Below, one piece after another: positions 1-9,634 of a stretch of DNA of 64,000 nucleotides. This stretch comes from Winogradskyella sp. UBA3174. GTDB taxonomy: Bacteria > Bacteroidota > Bacteroidia > Flavobacteriales > Flavobacteriaceae. The DNA lies in NCBI RefSeq assembly GCF_002364335.1, contig NZ_DEXW01000077.1, positions 42,281-106,280 on the forward strand. The letters are read 5' to 3'. How positions within the stretch are numbered: position 1 is the first letter of the stretch; every line of letters starts with the position of its first letter. The notes beneath the pieces were generated by a model. That model had not been told where the DNA came from and ran no database searches. It saw only the letters and a list, made by a program, of their open reading frames with translations. A program made the translations under genes and the position numbers.

Positions 1-471
1 AGCCCAATCAAATAAATTCAATTCTGTTAAAATTGTACCACCAGCTAAATATACCATCCACTCACTTTCAATTTTCTTAGCATCAATAGCAACTACGACA
101 CATTGACTTCCAAATTTATCTGATAACTCATTTATTAATTCTGGTCGCTTCACTGCTGAAGAGTTTATAGATATTTTATCTGCTCCGCATTTCAAAAGCA
201 CATCAACATCTTCGACAGAAGAAATACCTCCACCAACTGTAAATGGAATATTGACTTGTTCTGCAACATGCAACACCATATCATGCATAGTTTTACGATT
301 CTCTAAAGTTGCTGAAATATCTAAAAAAACAAGCTCGTCTGCACCTAATTCTGCATATTGCTTCGCTAAAGTTACAGGATCACCAGCATCTCTTAAATCC
401 ACAAAGTTGACACCCTTTACGGTTCTACCGTTTTTAATGTCTAAACATGGGATGATTCTTTTTGTTAACAT
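1..471 (-). CDS. hisF: Imidazole glycerol phosphate synthase cyclase subunit HisF, partial (C-terminus lies beyond the window edge)
   Basis: Reverse-strand translation from the ATG at 471 gives [55 protein letters not shown]..., a typical HisF N-terminus. It is absent from the ORF track because the frame is open at the edge. It follows hisA in the operon. Confidence 0.9.
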   Translation of the reverse strand, partial: MLTKRIIPCLDIKNGRTVKGVNFVDLRDAGDPVTLAKQYAELGADELVFLDISATLENRKTMHDMVLHVAEQVNIPFTVGGGISSVEDVDVLLKCGADKISINSSAVKRPELINELSDKFGSQCVVVAIDAKKIESEWMVYLAGGTILTELNLFDWA

Positions 472-586
472 AAATTCTTATTTCGCAAGTCCGAGTGATG
501 TGATTTTAATAGAATTGTATCGAGAACCTTAATTGACTTCTCTATATGATTCTTAACCCTCAGAATCAGTCGAAGTGACGGATTAG
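472..586 (+). repeat. Intergenic repeat element, copy A (hisF-hisA spacer)
   Basis: Aligns with 3067..3183. It shares TATTTCG..AGT.CGAGTG at one end, an identical 15-nt block AATTGTATCGAGAAC, and TCGA.GTGACG at the other end. No ORF. Confidence 0.6.
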
Positions 587-1321
587 TTAAATAAATCGTT
601 CTAATTCATGTAAACTAATTCTGTTTTCGTAAATCGCTTTTCCTATAATAACACCTTCACAACCAATAGCTTCTAAATCTTCTAAATCACTAATTCCAGC
701 AACTCCACCAGAAGCAATAAGTTTTATGGATTGCGCACCACTACTGTTACTACATTCTTCTATTATGGACTTATACAATTCAATTGATGGGCCTTCTAGC
801 ATACCATCTTTTGAAATATCTGTACAGATCACATACTTAATACGTTTCCTTTGATAGTCTTTTATAAATGAAATAACTTCTTCTTTACTATTATCTTGCC
901 AACCGTTAATCGCTATTTTACCATCATTACTATCTGCTCCTAAAATAATTTTTTGTGCACCATATTTAGAGAGCCATCCTTCAAAAGTTTCTCTATCGTT
1001 TACTGCAATACTTCCACCTGTTATTTGTCTTGCTCCACAATTAAAAGCAATATTCAAATCTTCATTAGATTTTAAACCACCTCCAAAATCAATTTTTAAA
1101 TTGGTCTTAGACGCAAGGAGTTCTAAAACTTTATAATTGACGATTTGCCTTGCTTTTGCTCCATCTAAATCTACTAAATGTAGATATTCAATACCTGAAG
1201 CTTCAAACTCTTTTGCAACCTCTAACGGGTTTTCGTTATATATTTTTTTTGTATCATAGTCTCCTTTTGTAAGACGAACACATTTTCCGTCTATAATATC
1301 TATGGCTGGTATTATTCTCAT
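587..1321 (-). CDS. hisA: ProFAR isomerase HisA
   Basis: [17 protein letters not shown] start, (beta/alpha)8 HisA/HisF-type motifs, operon context. Confidence 0.92.
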   Translation of the reverse strand: MRIIPAIDIIDGKCVRLTKGDYDTKKIYNENPLEVAKEFEASGIEYLHLVDLDGAKARQIVNYKVLELLASKTNLKIDFGGGLKSNEDLNIAFNCGARQITGGSIAVNDRETFEGWLSKYGAQKIILGADSNDGKIAINGWQDNSKEEVISFIKDYQRKRIKYVICTDISKDGMLEGPSIELYKSIIEECSNSSGAQSIKLIASGGVAGISDLEDLEAIGCEGVIIGKAIYENRISLHELERFI

Positions 1322-1351
1322 TTTTTGATTTTGACTTTTAGCTAAAGACTT

Positions 1352-1933
1352 TTATAATTCTATAAAATTCTTTAAAATTTGTTCACCTGCTTTACTACTC
1401 TTTTCAGGATGAAATTGTACACCAAAGAAATTCCTGTTTTCTATGGCTGACGTGTATTCTAATTCATAATTTGAACTAGCAATCGCTTCACTACATTGTT
1501 CGGCATAATAACTGTGCACAAGGTACATGTATTCATTTTCTTTTATCCCTTTAAATAAATCAGATTTTAAATTAGTGATAGTATTCCATCCCATATGAGG
1601 TACTTTAACCTTGTTTGAAAAACGCTTCACATTTACGTCAAAAATCCCTAAACCTTGAGTGTTTCCTTCTTCTGTATGGTTGCACATTAATTGCATACCT
1701 AAACAAATTCCTAATACAGGTTGTGTTAATTGTGGTATCAATTTATCTAATCCTGTTTGTTTTAGTTTGAGCATTGCTGAACTTGCTTCACCAACACCAG
1801 GGAAAATTACTTTATCTGAATTTATAATTTCTTCTGTATCATCTGTTAAAATAGCCTCGTAACCTAAGCGTTGAAAAGCAAATTGAATACTTTTAATGTT
1901 TCCTGCTCCGTAATTTACTATTGTTAGTTTCAT
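1352..1933 (-). CDS. hisH: Imidazole glycerol phosphate synthase glutaminase subunit HisH
   Basis: Class I amidotransferase motifs GICLGMQL and FHPEKS; operon context. Confidence 0.92.
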   Translation of the reverse strand: MKLTIVNYGAGNIKSIQFAFQRLGYEAILTDDTEEIINSDKVIFPGVGEASSAMLKLKQTGLDKLIPQLTQPVLGICLGMQLMCNHTEEGNTQGLGIFDVNVKRFSNKVKVPHMGWNTITNLKSDLFKGIKENEYMYLVHSYYAEQCSEAIASSNYELEYTSAIENRNFFGVQFHPEKSSKAGEQILKNFIEL

Positions 1934-3066
1934 TAAAGCATCCCTTTTGTTGATGGCAAAATCATTTTCTCAACATCTTGTTTTACAGCCATTTTAATTG
2001 CTTTTGCAAAAGCTTTAAAAATAGCCTCTATCTTGTGATGTTCATTATCGCCCTCTACTTTAATATTAAGATTGCATTTTGCACCATCTGTAAACGATTT
2101 AAAGAAGTGATAAAACATTTCTGTTGGCATTTTACCAATCATTTCTCGCTTAAAATCAGCGTCCCAAACGAGCCAATTTCTTCCACCAAAATCAATAGCG
2201 ACTTGTGCTAAGCAATCGTCCATTGGTAAGCAGAAGCCATAACGCTCTATACCTAACTTATTTCCTAAAGTCATTGCAAATACTTCACCTAACGCTATTG
2301 CTGTATCTTCAATAGTATGGTGCTCATCTACTTCTAAATCACCATCTACTTTAATATTAAGATCCATTTGTCCGTGTCTAGCAATTTGATCTAACATATG
2401 GTCAAAGAATGCAATGCCTGTATTAATATTGCTTTTTCCTATGCCATCTAGATCTAGGTCAATCTTAATTTTAGTTTCATTTGTATTACGCTCAATCCTG
2501 CCAATACGTTCAGTAGTTTTAAGAAATCTATAAATAACTTCCCAATCGTTAGTTTCTAATGCAATGCAATCTTCAATTTCAGAATTGCTAATTGTAATTT
2601 CGTCAGTTCCTAAATTAGTATTATCGTTTATAAAAATACCTTTAGCACCTAAGTTTTTAGCTAACTCAATATCTGTTAAGCGATCACCAATTACGAAGGA
2701 ATTGGATAAATCATAATCTTCTGTAAAATATTTAGTGAGTAAACCTGTATTCGGTTTTCTAGTCGGTGCATTGTCTTTTGCAAAAGTTCTATCTATAAAT
2801 TGTTCTTTAAAAACAACACCTTCTTGTTCAAATGTTTTTAAAACGAAATTATGAATCGGCCAAAATGTTTCTTCAGGATACACTTCTGTCCCTAAACCGT
2901 CTTGATTGGTTATCAAAACGATTTCAAAATTTAGTTCCCTAGCAATTTTACTCAGATATTGAAATACTTTTGGATAGAAATCTAACTTATCAAACGCATC
3001 TATTTGTTCGTCTGCTGGTTCTCTTATCAAAGTTCCGTCTCTGTCAATGAATAGTACTGGCTTCAT
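1933..3066 (-). CDS. hisB: Bifunctional histidinol-phosphatase / imidazoleglycerol-phosphate dehydratase HisB
   Basis: N-terminal HAD motif FIDRDGTLI plus C-terminal IGPD motifs ([18 protein letters not shown]); 377 aa. Confidence 0.92.
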   Translation of the reverse strand: MKPVLFIDRDGTLIREPADEQIDAFDKLDFYPKVFQYLSKIARELNFEIVLITNQDGLGTEVYPEETFWPIHNFVLKTFEQEGVVFKEQFIDRTFAKDNAPTRKPNTGLLTKYFTEDYDLSNSFVIGDRLTDIELAKNLGAKGIFINDNTNLGTDEITISNSEIEDCIALETNDWEVIYRFLKTTERIGRIERNTNETKIKIDLDLDGIGKSNINTGIAFFDHMLDQIARHGQMDLNIKVDGDLEVDEHHTIEDTAIALGEVFAMTLGNKLGIERYGFCLPMDDCLAQVAIDFGGRNWLVWDADFKREMIGKMPTEMFYHFFKSFTDGAKCNLNIKVEGDNEHHKIEAIFKAFAKAIKMAVKQDVEKMILPSTKGML

Positions 3067-3183
3067 ATTAATAGTATTTCGTCAGTTCGAGTGGTTTTCC
3101 ATTAAAGGAAATTGTATCGAGAACTTAAAGCATCTCGTTATAAATTTTTTAAAATAAAAATTCACTCGATGTGACGTTATAGT
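3067..3183 (+). repeat. Intergenic repeat element, copy B (hisB-hisC spacer), best-preserved copy
   Basis: Terminal inverted repeats CGTCAGTTCGAGTG (3080..3093) and CACTCGATGTGACG (3163..3176) pair at 12/14 positions. An inner hairpin TATCGAGA (3115..3122) / TCTCGTTA (3133..3140) pairs at 7/8. Homologous to 472..586. Confidence 0.65.
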
Positions 3184-4218
3184 TTATAATTCTTTTAAAG
3201 TTTGTATTAACTTATTATTTTCTTTTGCAGAACCTACTGTAAATCTTAGGCAATTTTTACATAAAGCTTGATTAGTTCTATTTCTCGATACTATTCCTTT
3301 TTCTACTAATTGATTATAGCGTTTATTAGCGTCATCAACTTTTACTAATAAAAAATTAGCATCAGATGGATAAATAGTCACGACCAACTCAATAGCTTCT
3401 AAAGCGTCTACTAATTTTTGTCTTTCACTCAAAATAATCTTCACTTCGTGCTTTATAACTTCTATATTAGTTAAGCGCTCTAAGGCTTTTATTTGTGTTA
3501 ACTCGTTAACATTATAAGGTGGCTTTATTTTATTTAAAACTGATATAATTTCTAGTGAAGCATAACAAACTCCTAAGCGAATACCTGCTAAACCGTATGC
3601 TTTTGATAATGTTTGTGTAACTACGAGATTTGGAAATTCATTTAGCCGACTTAGCCAACTGTCTTGATTTGAAAAATCGATATAAGCTTCATCAACCAAA
3701 ACAATACCTTTAAAACCCTTTATTAAAGTTTCAATAGCTTTAGCTTTAAAACTATTAGCTGTTGGGTTATTGGGTGAACAAATAAATAACAGTTTTGAAT
3801 TACTGTTTTGGTGCTCTAGAATACGTTCAACATTGGGTTCGAAATCAGAATTAAGTTGGACTTCTTTTATTTCTATAGCATTTAAATTAGCCAAAACGGC
3901 ATACATACCATATGTTGGTGGTAATACAATTACATTGTCTTGATTTGGTTCACAGAAAGCTCTAAAAACGAGGTCCAAAACTTCATCACTACCGTTTCCT
4001 AATAGGATTTGACTTGCAGGAATACCTTTTAATTCAGATAAGCACGCTTTAACCCTTGTTTGTTGTGGGTCTGGATAGCGATTAACATCAGTTTCAAAAG
4101 GATTCTCGTTGGCATCAATAAAAACCATGTCATGACTAACAGATTCGTATTCATCTCTAGCAGAAGAATATGCTTTAAGGTTACGTATATTATCTCGTAA
4201 AAGGCTATCTATATTCAT
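3184..4218 (-). CDS. hisC: Histidinol-phosphate aminotransferase HisC
   Basis: Class II aminotransferase pattern with the TLSKAYGLAGIRLG PLP-lysine motif; operon context. Confidence 0.9.
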   Translation of the reverse strand: MNIDSLLRDNIRNLKAYSSARDEYESVSHDMVFIDANENPFETDVNRYPDPQQTRVKACLSELKGIPASQILLGNGSDEVLDLVFRAFCEPNQDNVIVLPPTYGMYAVLANLNAIEIKEVQLNSDFEPNVERILEHQNSNSKLLFICSPNNPTANSFKAKAIETLIKGFKGIVLVDEAYIDFSNQDSWLSRLNEFPNLVVTQTLSKAYGLAGIRLGVCYASLEIISVLNKIKPPYNVNELTQIKALERLTNIEVIKHEVKIILSERQKLVDALEAIELVVTIYPSDANFLLVKVDDANKRYNQLVEKGIVSRNRTNQALCKNCLRFTVGSAKENNKLIQTLKEL

Positions 4219-4220
4219 GT

Positions 4221-5501
4221 TTATAGGTCTTTTAATCTTAAAGTTACTGCATTTTTATGTGCTTGTAAACCTTCGGCTTCAGCCATTAACTCAATAGCAT
4301 TTCCTATATTTTGAATGCCTTGCTTAGATATCTTCTGAAACGTCATGCTTTTTTGAAAGCTATCTAGGTTAACACCAGAATACGCTTTTGAAAACCCATT
4401 AGTTGGTAATGTGTGGTTTGTACCAGAAGCATAGTCACCTGCACTTTCGGGAGTATAGTTACCAATAAATACAGAACCTGCATTGCCTATATTCTCAACA
4501 AAATAATCATCATTTTCTGTCGCTACAATAAAGTGTTCTGGGCCATAAGTATCTATTAACTCTAAAGCTGTTTCAAAATTTGAAACAAGAATAGATTTTG
4601 AATTAGCGATGGCATTCTTGGCTAATTCTTTTCTAGGCAAAGCCTCTAACTGGTTTTTAACTTCTAAACTCACTGCTTCTGCAAATGATTTAGATGTTGT
4701 TACTAAAATAACTTGACTGTCTGAACCGTGTTCTGCCTGACTTAATAAATCTGAAGCAACATAAGCTGCATTAGCAGATTCGTCTGCCATAATTAACAAT
4801 TCACTAGGGCCAGCAGGCATATCTATAGCAACACCATACTTAGTTGCAATTTGTTTTGCAACCGTTACAAACTGATTTCCTGGACCAAAAATCTTATATA
4901 CTTGCGGAATAGATTCAGTCCCAAATGTTAAGCCTGCGATAGCCTGTATGCCACCAACTTTGATGATTTTAGTTACACCACATAGTTCAGCAGCATAGAG
5001 AATTTCATTCGCTATTTCACCTTTTTTATTTGGTGGTGAACATAAGACTATATCCTTACAGCCTGCTATTTGTGCTGGAACTGCTAGCATTAAAACCGTT
5101 GAAAATAAAGGTGCTGTTCCACCAGGAATATATAAACCTACTTTTTGAATCGGTCGCTTTTCTTGCCAACATTCTACACCTTCCATGGTTTGCACATAAA
5201 CTTTATTTGTTTTCTGTGCGAAATGGAATTTTTCAATATTTAATTTAGCTAGTTGAATCGCTTCCTTTAATTCTTTAGAAACAGCTTTTGAAGCCATTTC
5301 AATTTCTGCAACACTGACACTATTTGATTCTAAGAGTACAGCATCAAATTTAGATGTGTATTTCGCAATAGCTTTATCACCATTACTTGAGACTTCAGCA
5401 AAAACTTCGTTCACTGTAGCTTCAATAGCTTCTAAAGATTGTGTTGGTCTTTTTAAAAGCTCTAACCAATCTTCTCTTTTAGGGTTTTCTATCAGTCTCA
5501 T
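4221..5501 (-). CDS. hisD: Histidinol dehydrogenase HisD
   Basis: 426 aa with SQAEHG and GDYASGTNHTLPT motifs. Confidence 0.92.
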   Translation of the reverse strand: MRLIENPKREDWLELLKRPTQSLEAIEATVNEVFAEVSSNGDKAIAKYTSKFDAVLLESNSVSVAEIEMASKAVSKELKEAIQLAKLNIEKFHFAQKTNKVYVQTMEGVECWQEKRPIQKVGLYIPGGTAPLFSTVLMLAVPAQIAGCKDIVLCSPPNKKGEIANEILYAAELCGVTKIIKVGGIQAIAGLTFGTESIPQVYKIFGPGNQFVTVAKQIATKYGVAIDMPAGPSELLIMADESANAAYVASDLLSQAEHGSDSQVILVTTSKSFAEAVSLEVKNQLEALPRKELAKNAIANSKSILVSNFETALELIDTYGPEHFIVATENDDYFVENIGNAGSVFIGNYTPESAGDYASGTNHTLPTNGFSKAYSGVNLDSFQKSMTFQKISKQGIQNIGNAIELMAEAEGLQAHKNAVTLRLKDL

Positions 5502-5503
5502 AA

Positions 5504-6361
5504 TTATAATACCATATTCTCAATAGGGCAAACTAGTATACCTTCTGCTCCATTAGCCTTTAGTTCGTCTATAACATTCCAAAAATCATTTTTATTAATC
5601 ACAGAGTGTAATGAACTCCAACCGTCTTTTGCTAATGGCAAAATGGTTGGACTATTCATACCTGGAAGTATGTTAACAATGGTTTCCAATTTATCATTTG
5701 GCGCATTTAATAAAACATATTTATTCTCTCGTCCTCTCAATACAGATTTAAGCCTAAATTGTAATGTATTAATGAGTTCCTGATTCTCTTTTGAAATTTT
5801 TGGTGACGTTGCTAAAACAGCTTCCGACTTTAAAAGAACTTCAATTTCTTTTAAGCCATTCTTAAACAAAGTACTACCACTAGAAACAATATCACAAATA
5901 CCGTCTGCTAAACCAATGTTTGGTGCAATCTCAACAGAACCATTAATAATATGAAGGTTCGCTTTGATACTTGATTTTTCTAAAAATTGATTGACCGTAT
6001 TTGGATAGGACGTTGCAATTCGTTTTCCTGCTAGATCTTTTAAGCTTTTAGCCTTAGAGGACTTTGGTACAGCAATAGATACTTTGCATTTAGAAAAGCC
6101 AAGGCGTTCTACAATTGTCAGATCACCACCTTTTTCGATCAGTACATTTTCACCAATTATAGCAGCATCTACAACACCATCTCTTAAATATTGAGGAATA
6201 TCACCATTTCTTAAGTAAAACACTTCTAATGGGAAATTACGTGCCGAAGCTTTTAGTTGATCTTTACCATTTTCTACTGAAATACCAATTTCCTTTAAGA
6301 TTTTCATAGAATCCTCGTTAAGACGACCCGATTTTTGTACAGCAATTTTAATTTTATTCAT
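5504..6361 (-). CDS. hisG: ATP phosphoribosyltransferase HisG (long form)
   Basis: MNKIKIAVQKSGRL is the canonical start. The longer track ORF (to 6430) reads through the upstream terminator hairpin, so I trimmed it to the ATG at 6361. Confidence 0.88.
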   Translation of the reverse strand: MNKIKIAVQKSGRLNEDSMKILKEIGISVENGKDQLKASARNFPLEVFYLRNGDIPQYLRDGVVDAAIIGENVLIEKGGDLTIVERLGFSKCKVSIAVPKSSKAKSLKDLAGKRIATSYPNTVNQFLEKSSIKANLHIINGSVEIAPNIGLADGICDIVSSGSTLFKNGLKEIEVLLKSEAVLATSPKISKENQELINTLQFRLKSVLRGRENKYVLLNAPNDKLETIVNILPGMNSPTILPLAKDGWSSLHSVINKNDFWNVIDELKANGAEGILVCPIENMVL

Positions 6362-6404
6362 GTTTTGTTTTTGAATAGTTTGACAAAACGAAATGGTTTT
6401 TTCA

Positions 6405-6441
6405 AACAAAAAACCCATCTGAATTATCAAACGGGTTTTTA
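6405..6441 (-). terminator. Attenuator-type intrinsic terminator between the his leader peptide and hisG
   Basis: Minus strand reads AAAAACCCGUUUGA-UAAU-UCAGAUGGGUUUUU followed by UGUUUG. That is a ~14-bp stem (two G-U pairs) plus a U-run, about 45 nt upstream of the hisG ATG. Confidence 0.6.
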
Positions 6442-6471
6442 AAATATATTTTTAATTTATTCAATACATTT

Positions 6472-6525
6472 TCACCTCGCTTGAGCGATTATATGAAAAT
6501 GATGATGTAATTGAATAAAAATCAT
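6472..6525 (-). CDS. Candidate his operon leader peptide MIFIQLHHHFHIIAQAR
   Basis: A 17-codon ORF with 4 His codons (all CAT), three of them consecutive. It lies directly upstream of the terminator hairpin and hisG. Confidence 0.55.
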   Translation of the reverse strand: MIFIQLHHHFHIIAQAR

Positions 6526-6590
6526 ACTATTTTTTTGTTGAAACAAAGTTTATGAAAACTATTTTATAAATCCAAAGGATTAACAAATTT

Positions 6591-7406
6591 TTATTGATTT
6601 CCTAAAATTATAGGTAATCCAGTATCACCAGAACCAATAACAATAATTTTACTGTTTGGTGATTCTGCAAGCTTTACAGTTGCTTCAATTCCTTTATCTT
6701 GTAAAATTTTATCAGTTAAAGAAGCGCTTAAAATACGGTTAGACTCAGCTTTACCCTTAGCATCAATAATTACTTTCTCAGCTTCTTTAGCAGCTGTTAC
6801 TAATCTAAACTCATATTCTAAAGATTCTTGTTCTTGTTTTAATTTACGTTCAATCGCTTCCTTAATCGTATTTGGTAAAGTTACATCCCTAACAAGTACC
6901 TCATTTAATTGTACAAATTGCTTTTCTAAAATTTTCTTAGTTTCTTCAAAAATCTCGTCTTGTATAGCATCTCGCTTGCTAGAATATAATTGCTCAGGTG
7001 TATAACGACCTACAACACTTCTTGCCGCTGAACGGATAGCTGGCTGAATTACACGTTGTAAATAACCCTGACCTAATGATTGGTGAAGGTTACCTAACTG
7101 ATCATAAACTGGCTCATACCATGCCGATGCATCAATTTGAATCTCTAGACCATTTGAAGACAATACTTTCATCTTCTCAAAAAGTTCTTGCTGACGCACT
7201 TCATAGATATAAACCTTATTCCAAGGTGCTACGATGTGAAATCCTTCACCCATTGGTGGCTCATCAACTACAACACCTTCTCCAAAGGTCTTAAAAAGCA
7301 CTCCTGCCTCACCAGAATCTATAGTTACAGCAGATTTTGCGACAACTACAATCATTATTATAATTCCGACTAAAATTGGTAATCCAAATTTTGGTAATTT
7401 TTCCAT
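6591..7406 (-). CDS. SPFH/band 7 (prohibitin-like) membrane protein
   Basis: N-terminal TM helix followed by an SPFH-like core and a coiled-coil KQEQESLEYEF region. Confidence 0.75.
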   Translation of the reverse strand: MEKLPKFGLPILVGIIIMIVVVAKSAVTIDSGEAGVLFKTFGEGVVVDEPPMGEGFHIVAPWNKVYIYEVRQQELFEKMKVLSSNGLEIQIDASAWYEPVYDQLGNLHQSLGQGYLQRVIQPAIRSAARSVVGRYTPEQLYSSKRDAIQDEIFEETKKILEKQFVQLNEVLVRDVTLPNTIKEAIERKLKQEQESLEYEFRLVTAAKEAEKVIIDAKGKAESNRILSASLTDKILQDKGIEATVKLAESPNSKIIVIGSGDTGLPIILGNQ

Positions 7407-7417
7407 ATTATTTTATT

Positions 7418-9451
7418 TTAAATTAATCCGTTATATTTTCTAATAAACCACTCTATAAATAGACTTAATGCTATTAATACGAGTAGATATTTCCAATCTA
7501 TCAAAGGTACGATATTTTTAGTGCTCTTTTGAATGGTTGCAAAGCGTTTATCTCCTAATAAATTGTTAATTAATTGCTCTAACTCTGTTTTAAAGTAGGC
7601 TTTACCTCCGCTATTAAACGCAACAGATACTAACTTACTAACATCCGCGTTTAAAAATTGCTGTTCTACATTGTATGCTAATACTTTAAAACTACCTGAT
7701 GATGATACAGTTTCTGAGTTATGCTTAATTGTAAAGTCGTACAAACCTGCTTCAATACCACTTAAATCGACTCTATAATTTCCATTGTTTAATAAAAGCG
7801 GAACTTCCTTTAAACTATTTATGTCTTTATTTCTTAATACAACACTTAAAGACGCTTCTTTATCAAACTCAAAGTTTTTATTAAAATATTGTGCGGTTAG
7901 AATAACATCGTCATTACCATTATAAAAAGATTTATAATCTATATTAATTCGTTTGCGCTTTTTATTAGAACTAAGAAACTGTACTAATTTATTAATTACG
8001 TTATCAAAATCTACAAAACTATCTGTATCTAAGAATGTTTGAGCACGCCATCTCCAAATATCTTCACCATTGAGAATAGCATGTTTTGTGGTATTAGCTT
8101 CAAAAGTTGCTAACATAATTTGATCTGTAGTTATACCATTTACTGTTTTATATAGCAAGACATCATGTGGACCAGTAATAGCGAACGCACCGAATTCTGA
8201 TTTAAGTGGTGGGAAATTATTAAAGTCTAAATTATCTACTATAAATGTTCCGTAATTTGTATTAAAATTAGGTTGATAATTCTCTGTTTGATTTGTTATT
8301 GTTTGCTTAAAATAATCTTGGGTATTATTGAGTATATTCCAATTGGTAGTTGCTCCTGTAATTGTAAATGTATTTAATTTTCTGTTTTTTATTTCCTTAA
8401 GTAGTTCGTTAAAGTTATTATTGGGCTGATATAATATAACTAATTGAAAATCATCAATTTTAGACACATATTCTTTTGGTTTTAATATTGAGACACTACG
8501 CTGTTCGTTGCCTTCAATAGATTTTTTAAGTGCCCCTAAATCTGGATGTAATCGGTCTGAAACTAATGCAATGTTTGTTTTTTGATCAATGACTTCTACA
8601 CCAAAGTTCTTTGAATTATTGACTTTATTTTTCTCAGTATTTATTGGCGTTAACTCAACACGATATGTTTTTACACCAACACTAGTAGCTATTAATGCTG
8701 TTGAAACAATCTCGGATGTTTTAGACGCATCAAATGTTATTGGCTTTCTAAAGACGATAGAATTACCAGACCAAATTTTTAAGTCGGTAGTAACTGACAC
8801 AACACCACTATAATTCGCTATGATTTCTATAGGGAATTTGTTCTTTAAATATACATAACGATTAACGTTTAGTTGCTTTATGCTTAAATCCGAATATAAG
8901 GTTGTATCACCAAGAATTAGTGGATAAATAGGTTGCTTTATCTTTTTAACTCCAAAACTATAATCTACTCCATAGGTTTGATTACCATCAGTAAGCATAA
9001 TTATTGGTGCTGTTTGATTCGCATAAACTTCGCCTAGTTTTTTTAAGGATTCCGCGATGTTTGATTGATGCTCGTTAAAACTTAAACTATCTAAAGTATT
9101 AGTCGTTTTACCAAAGCTGTATGCTTTTATGTTGAAACGTTTTTTTAATTCAGGATTTGTGGTAAGAGAATTAAAGAGTGTCTTAGCATTTTCCGCTTGT
9201 TTTAGATATGTAATAGATTCAGAATTATCTACAGCAACTACTAGCGTTGGTTTTTCATCATAATAGTTAAATGATTCTAACTTTGGGTTAATAAGCAATA
9301 GAAGTATGCCAAAAATTGAAAGAGCTCTGAGTACAGTTAAAACATATTTACGCTTCGACTTTAATTTAGACTTATACACATACTGAAACAGCGCTAATAA
9401 AAGCGCTGTTATGCCAGCAATTATAATATATATTATTGTTTCTGTTTGCAT
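7418..9451 (-). CDS. Large membrane protein with an N-terminal vWA-like MIDAS motif
   Basis: 677 aa with two N-terminal TM helices and one C-terminal TM helix, plus VVAVDNSES (DxSxS). Function unknown. Confidence 0.6.
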   Translation of the reverse strand: MQTETIIYIIIAGITALLLALFQYVYKSKLKSKRKYVLTVLRALSIFGILLLLINPKLESFNYYDEKPTLVVAVDNSESITYLKQAENAKTLFNSLTTNPELKKRFNIKAYSFGKTTNTLDSLSFNEHQSNIAESLKKLGEVYANQTAPIIMLTDGNQTYGVDYSFGVKKIKQPIYPLILGDTTLYSDLSIKQLNVNRYVYLKNKFPIEIIANYSGVVSVTTDLKIWSGNSIVFRKPITFDASKTSEIVSTALIATSVGVKTYRVELTPINTEKNKVNNSKNFGVEVIDQKTNIALVSDRLHPDLGALKKSIEGNEQRSVSILKPKEYVSKIDDFQLVILYQPNNNFNELLKEIKNRKLNTFTITGATTNWNILNNTQDYFKQTITNQTENYQPNFNTNYGTFIVDNLDFNNFPPLKSEFGAFAITGPHDVLLYKTVNGITTDQIMLATFEANTTKHAILNGEDIWRWRAQTFLDTDSFVDFDNVINKLVQFLSSNKKRKRINIDYKSFYNGNDDVILTAQYFNKNFEFDKEASLSVVLRNKDINSLKEVPLLLNNGNYRVDLSGIEAGLYDFTIKHNSETVSSSGSFKVLAYNVEQQFLNADVSKLVSVAFNSGGKAYFKTELEQLINNLLGDKRFATIQKSTKNIVPLIDWKYLLVLIALSLFIEWFIRKYNGLI

Positions 9452-9538
9452 TGAAGTTATTAACTTCTTTATTCTATTAAAATACTATCTTCAGTTAACG
9501 GATTTATACGATCCATTTTCATCAATCTTCATTTTTTC

Positions 9539-9634
9539 TTAAGATGACTTTAGTTCATCATAACCTTGTCCATAAACAACAAGTCCTGATGCAACAAATA
9601 AAACAGATAATATTATGATTTTTGTTTTTTGCAT
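9539..9634 (-). CDS. Possible 31-aa signal-peptide-like small ORF MQKTKIIILSVLFVASGLVVYGQGYDELKSS
   Basis: ATG-initiated small ORF in an otherwise empty 233-nt spacer, with a hydrophobic N-terminal stretch. No other support. Confidence 0.25.
   Translation of the reverse strand: MQKTKIIILSVLFVASGLVVYGQGYDELKSS

Noticed and set aside
251-532. 93-aa plus-strand ORF from the track
   Set aside because: It lies antisense to a clear HisF coding frame (1..471, minus strand) and has no recognisable motifs. It is a shadow ORF.
6362-6430. N-terminal extension of the hisG ORF (MIIQMGFLFEKTISFCQTIQKQN...)
   Set aside because: The extension is translated from the terminator hairpin and U-run of the attenuator. 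The canonical HisG start, MNKIKIAVQKSGRL, begins at 6361.
6570-6582. AATCC-TTT-GGATT hairpin after the SPFH gene, considered as a terminator
   Set aside because: It has only a 5-bp stem and a 3-nt loop, which is too weak to call.
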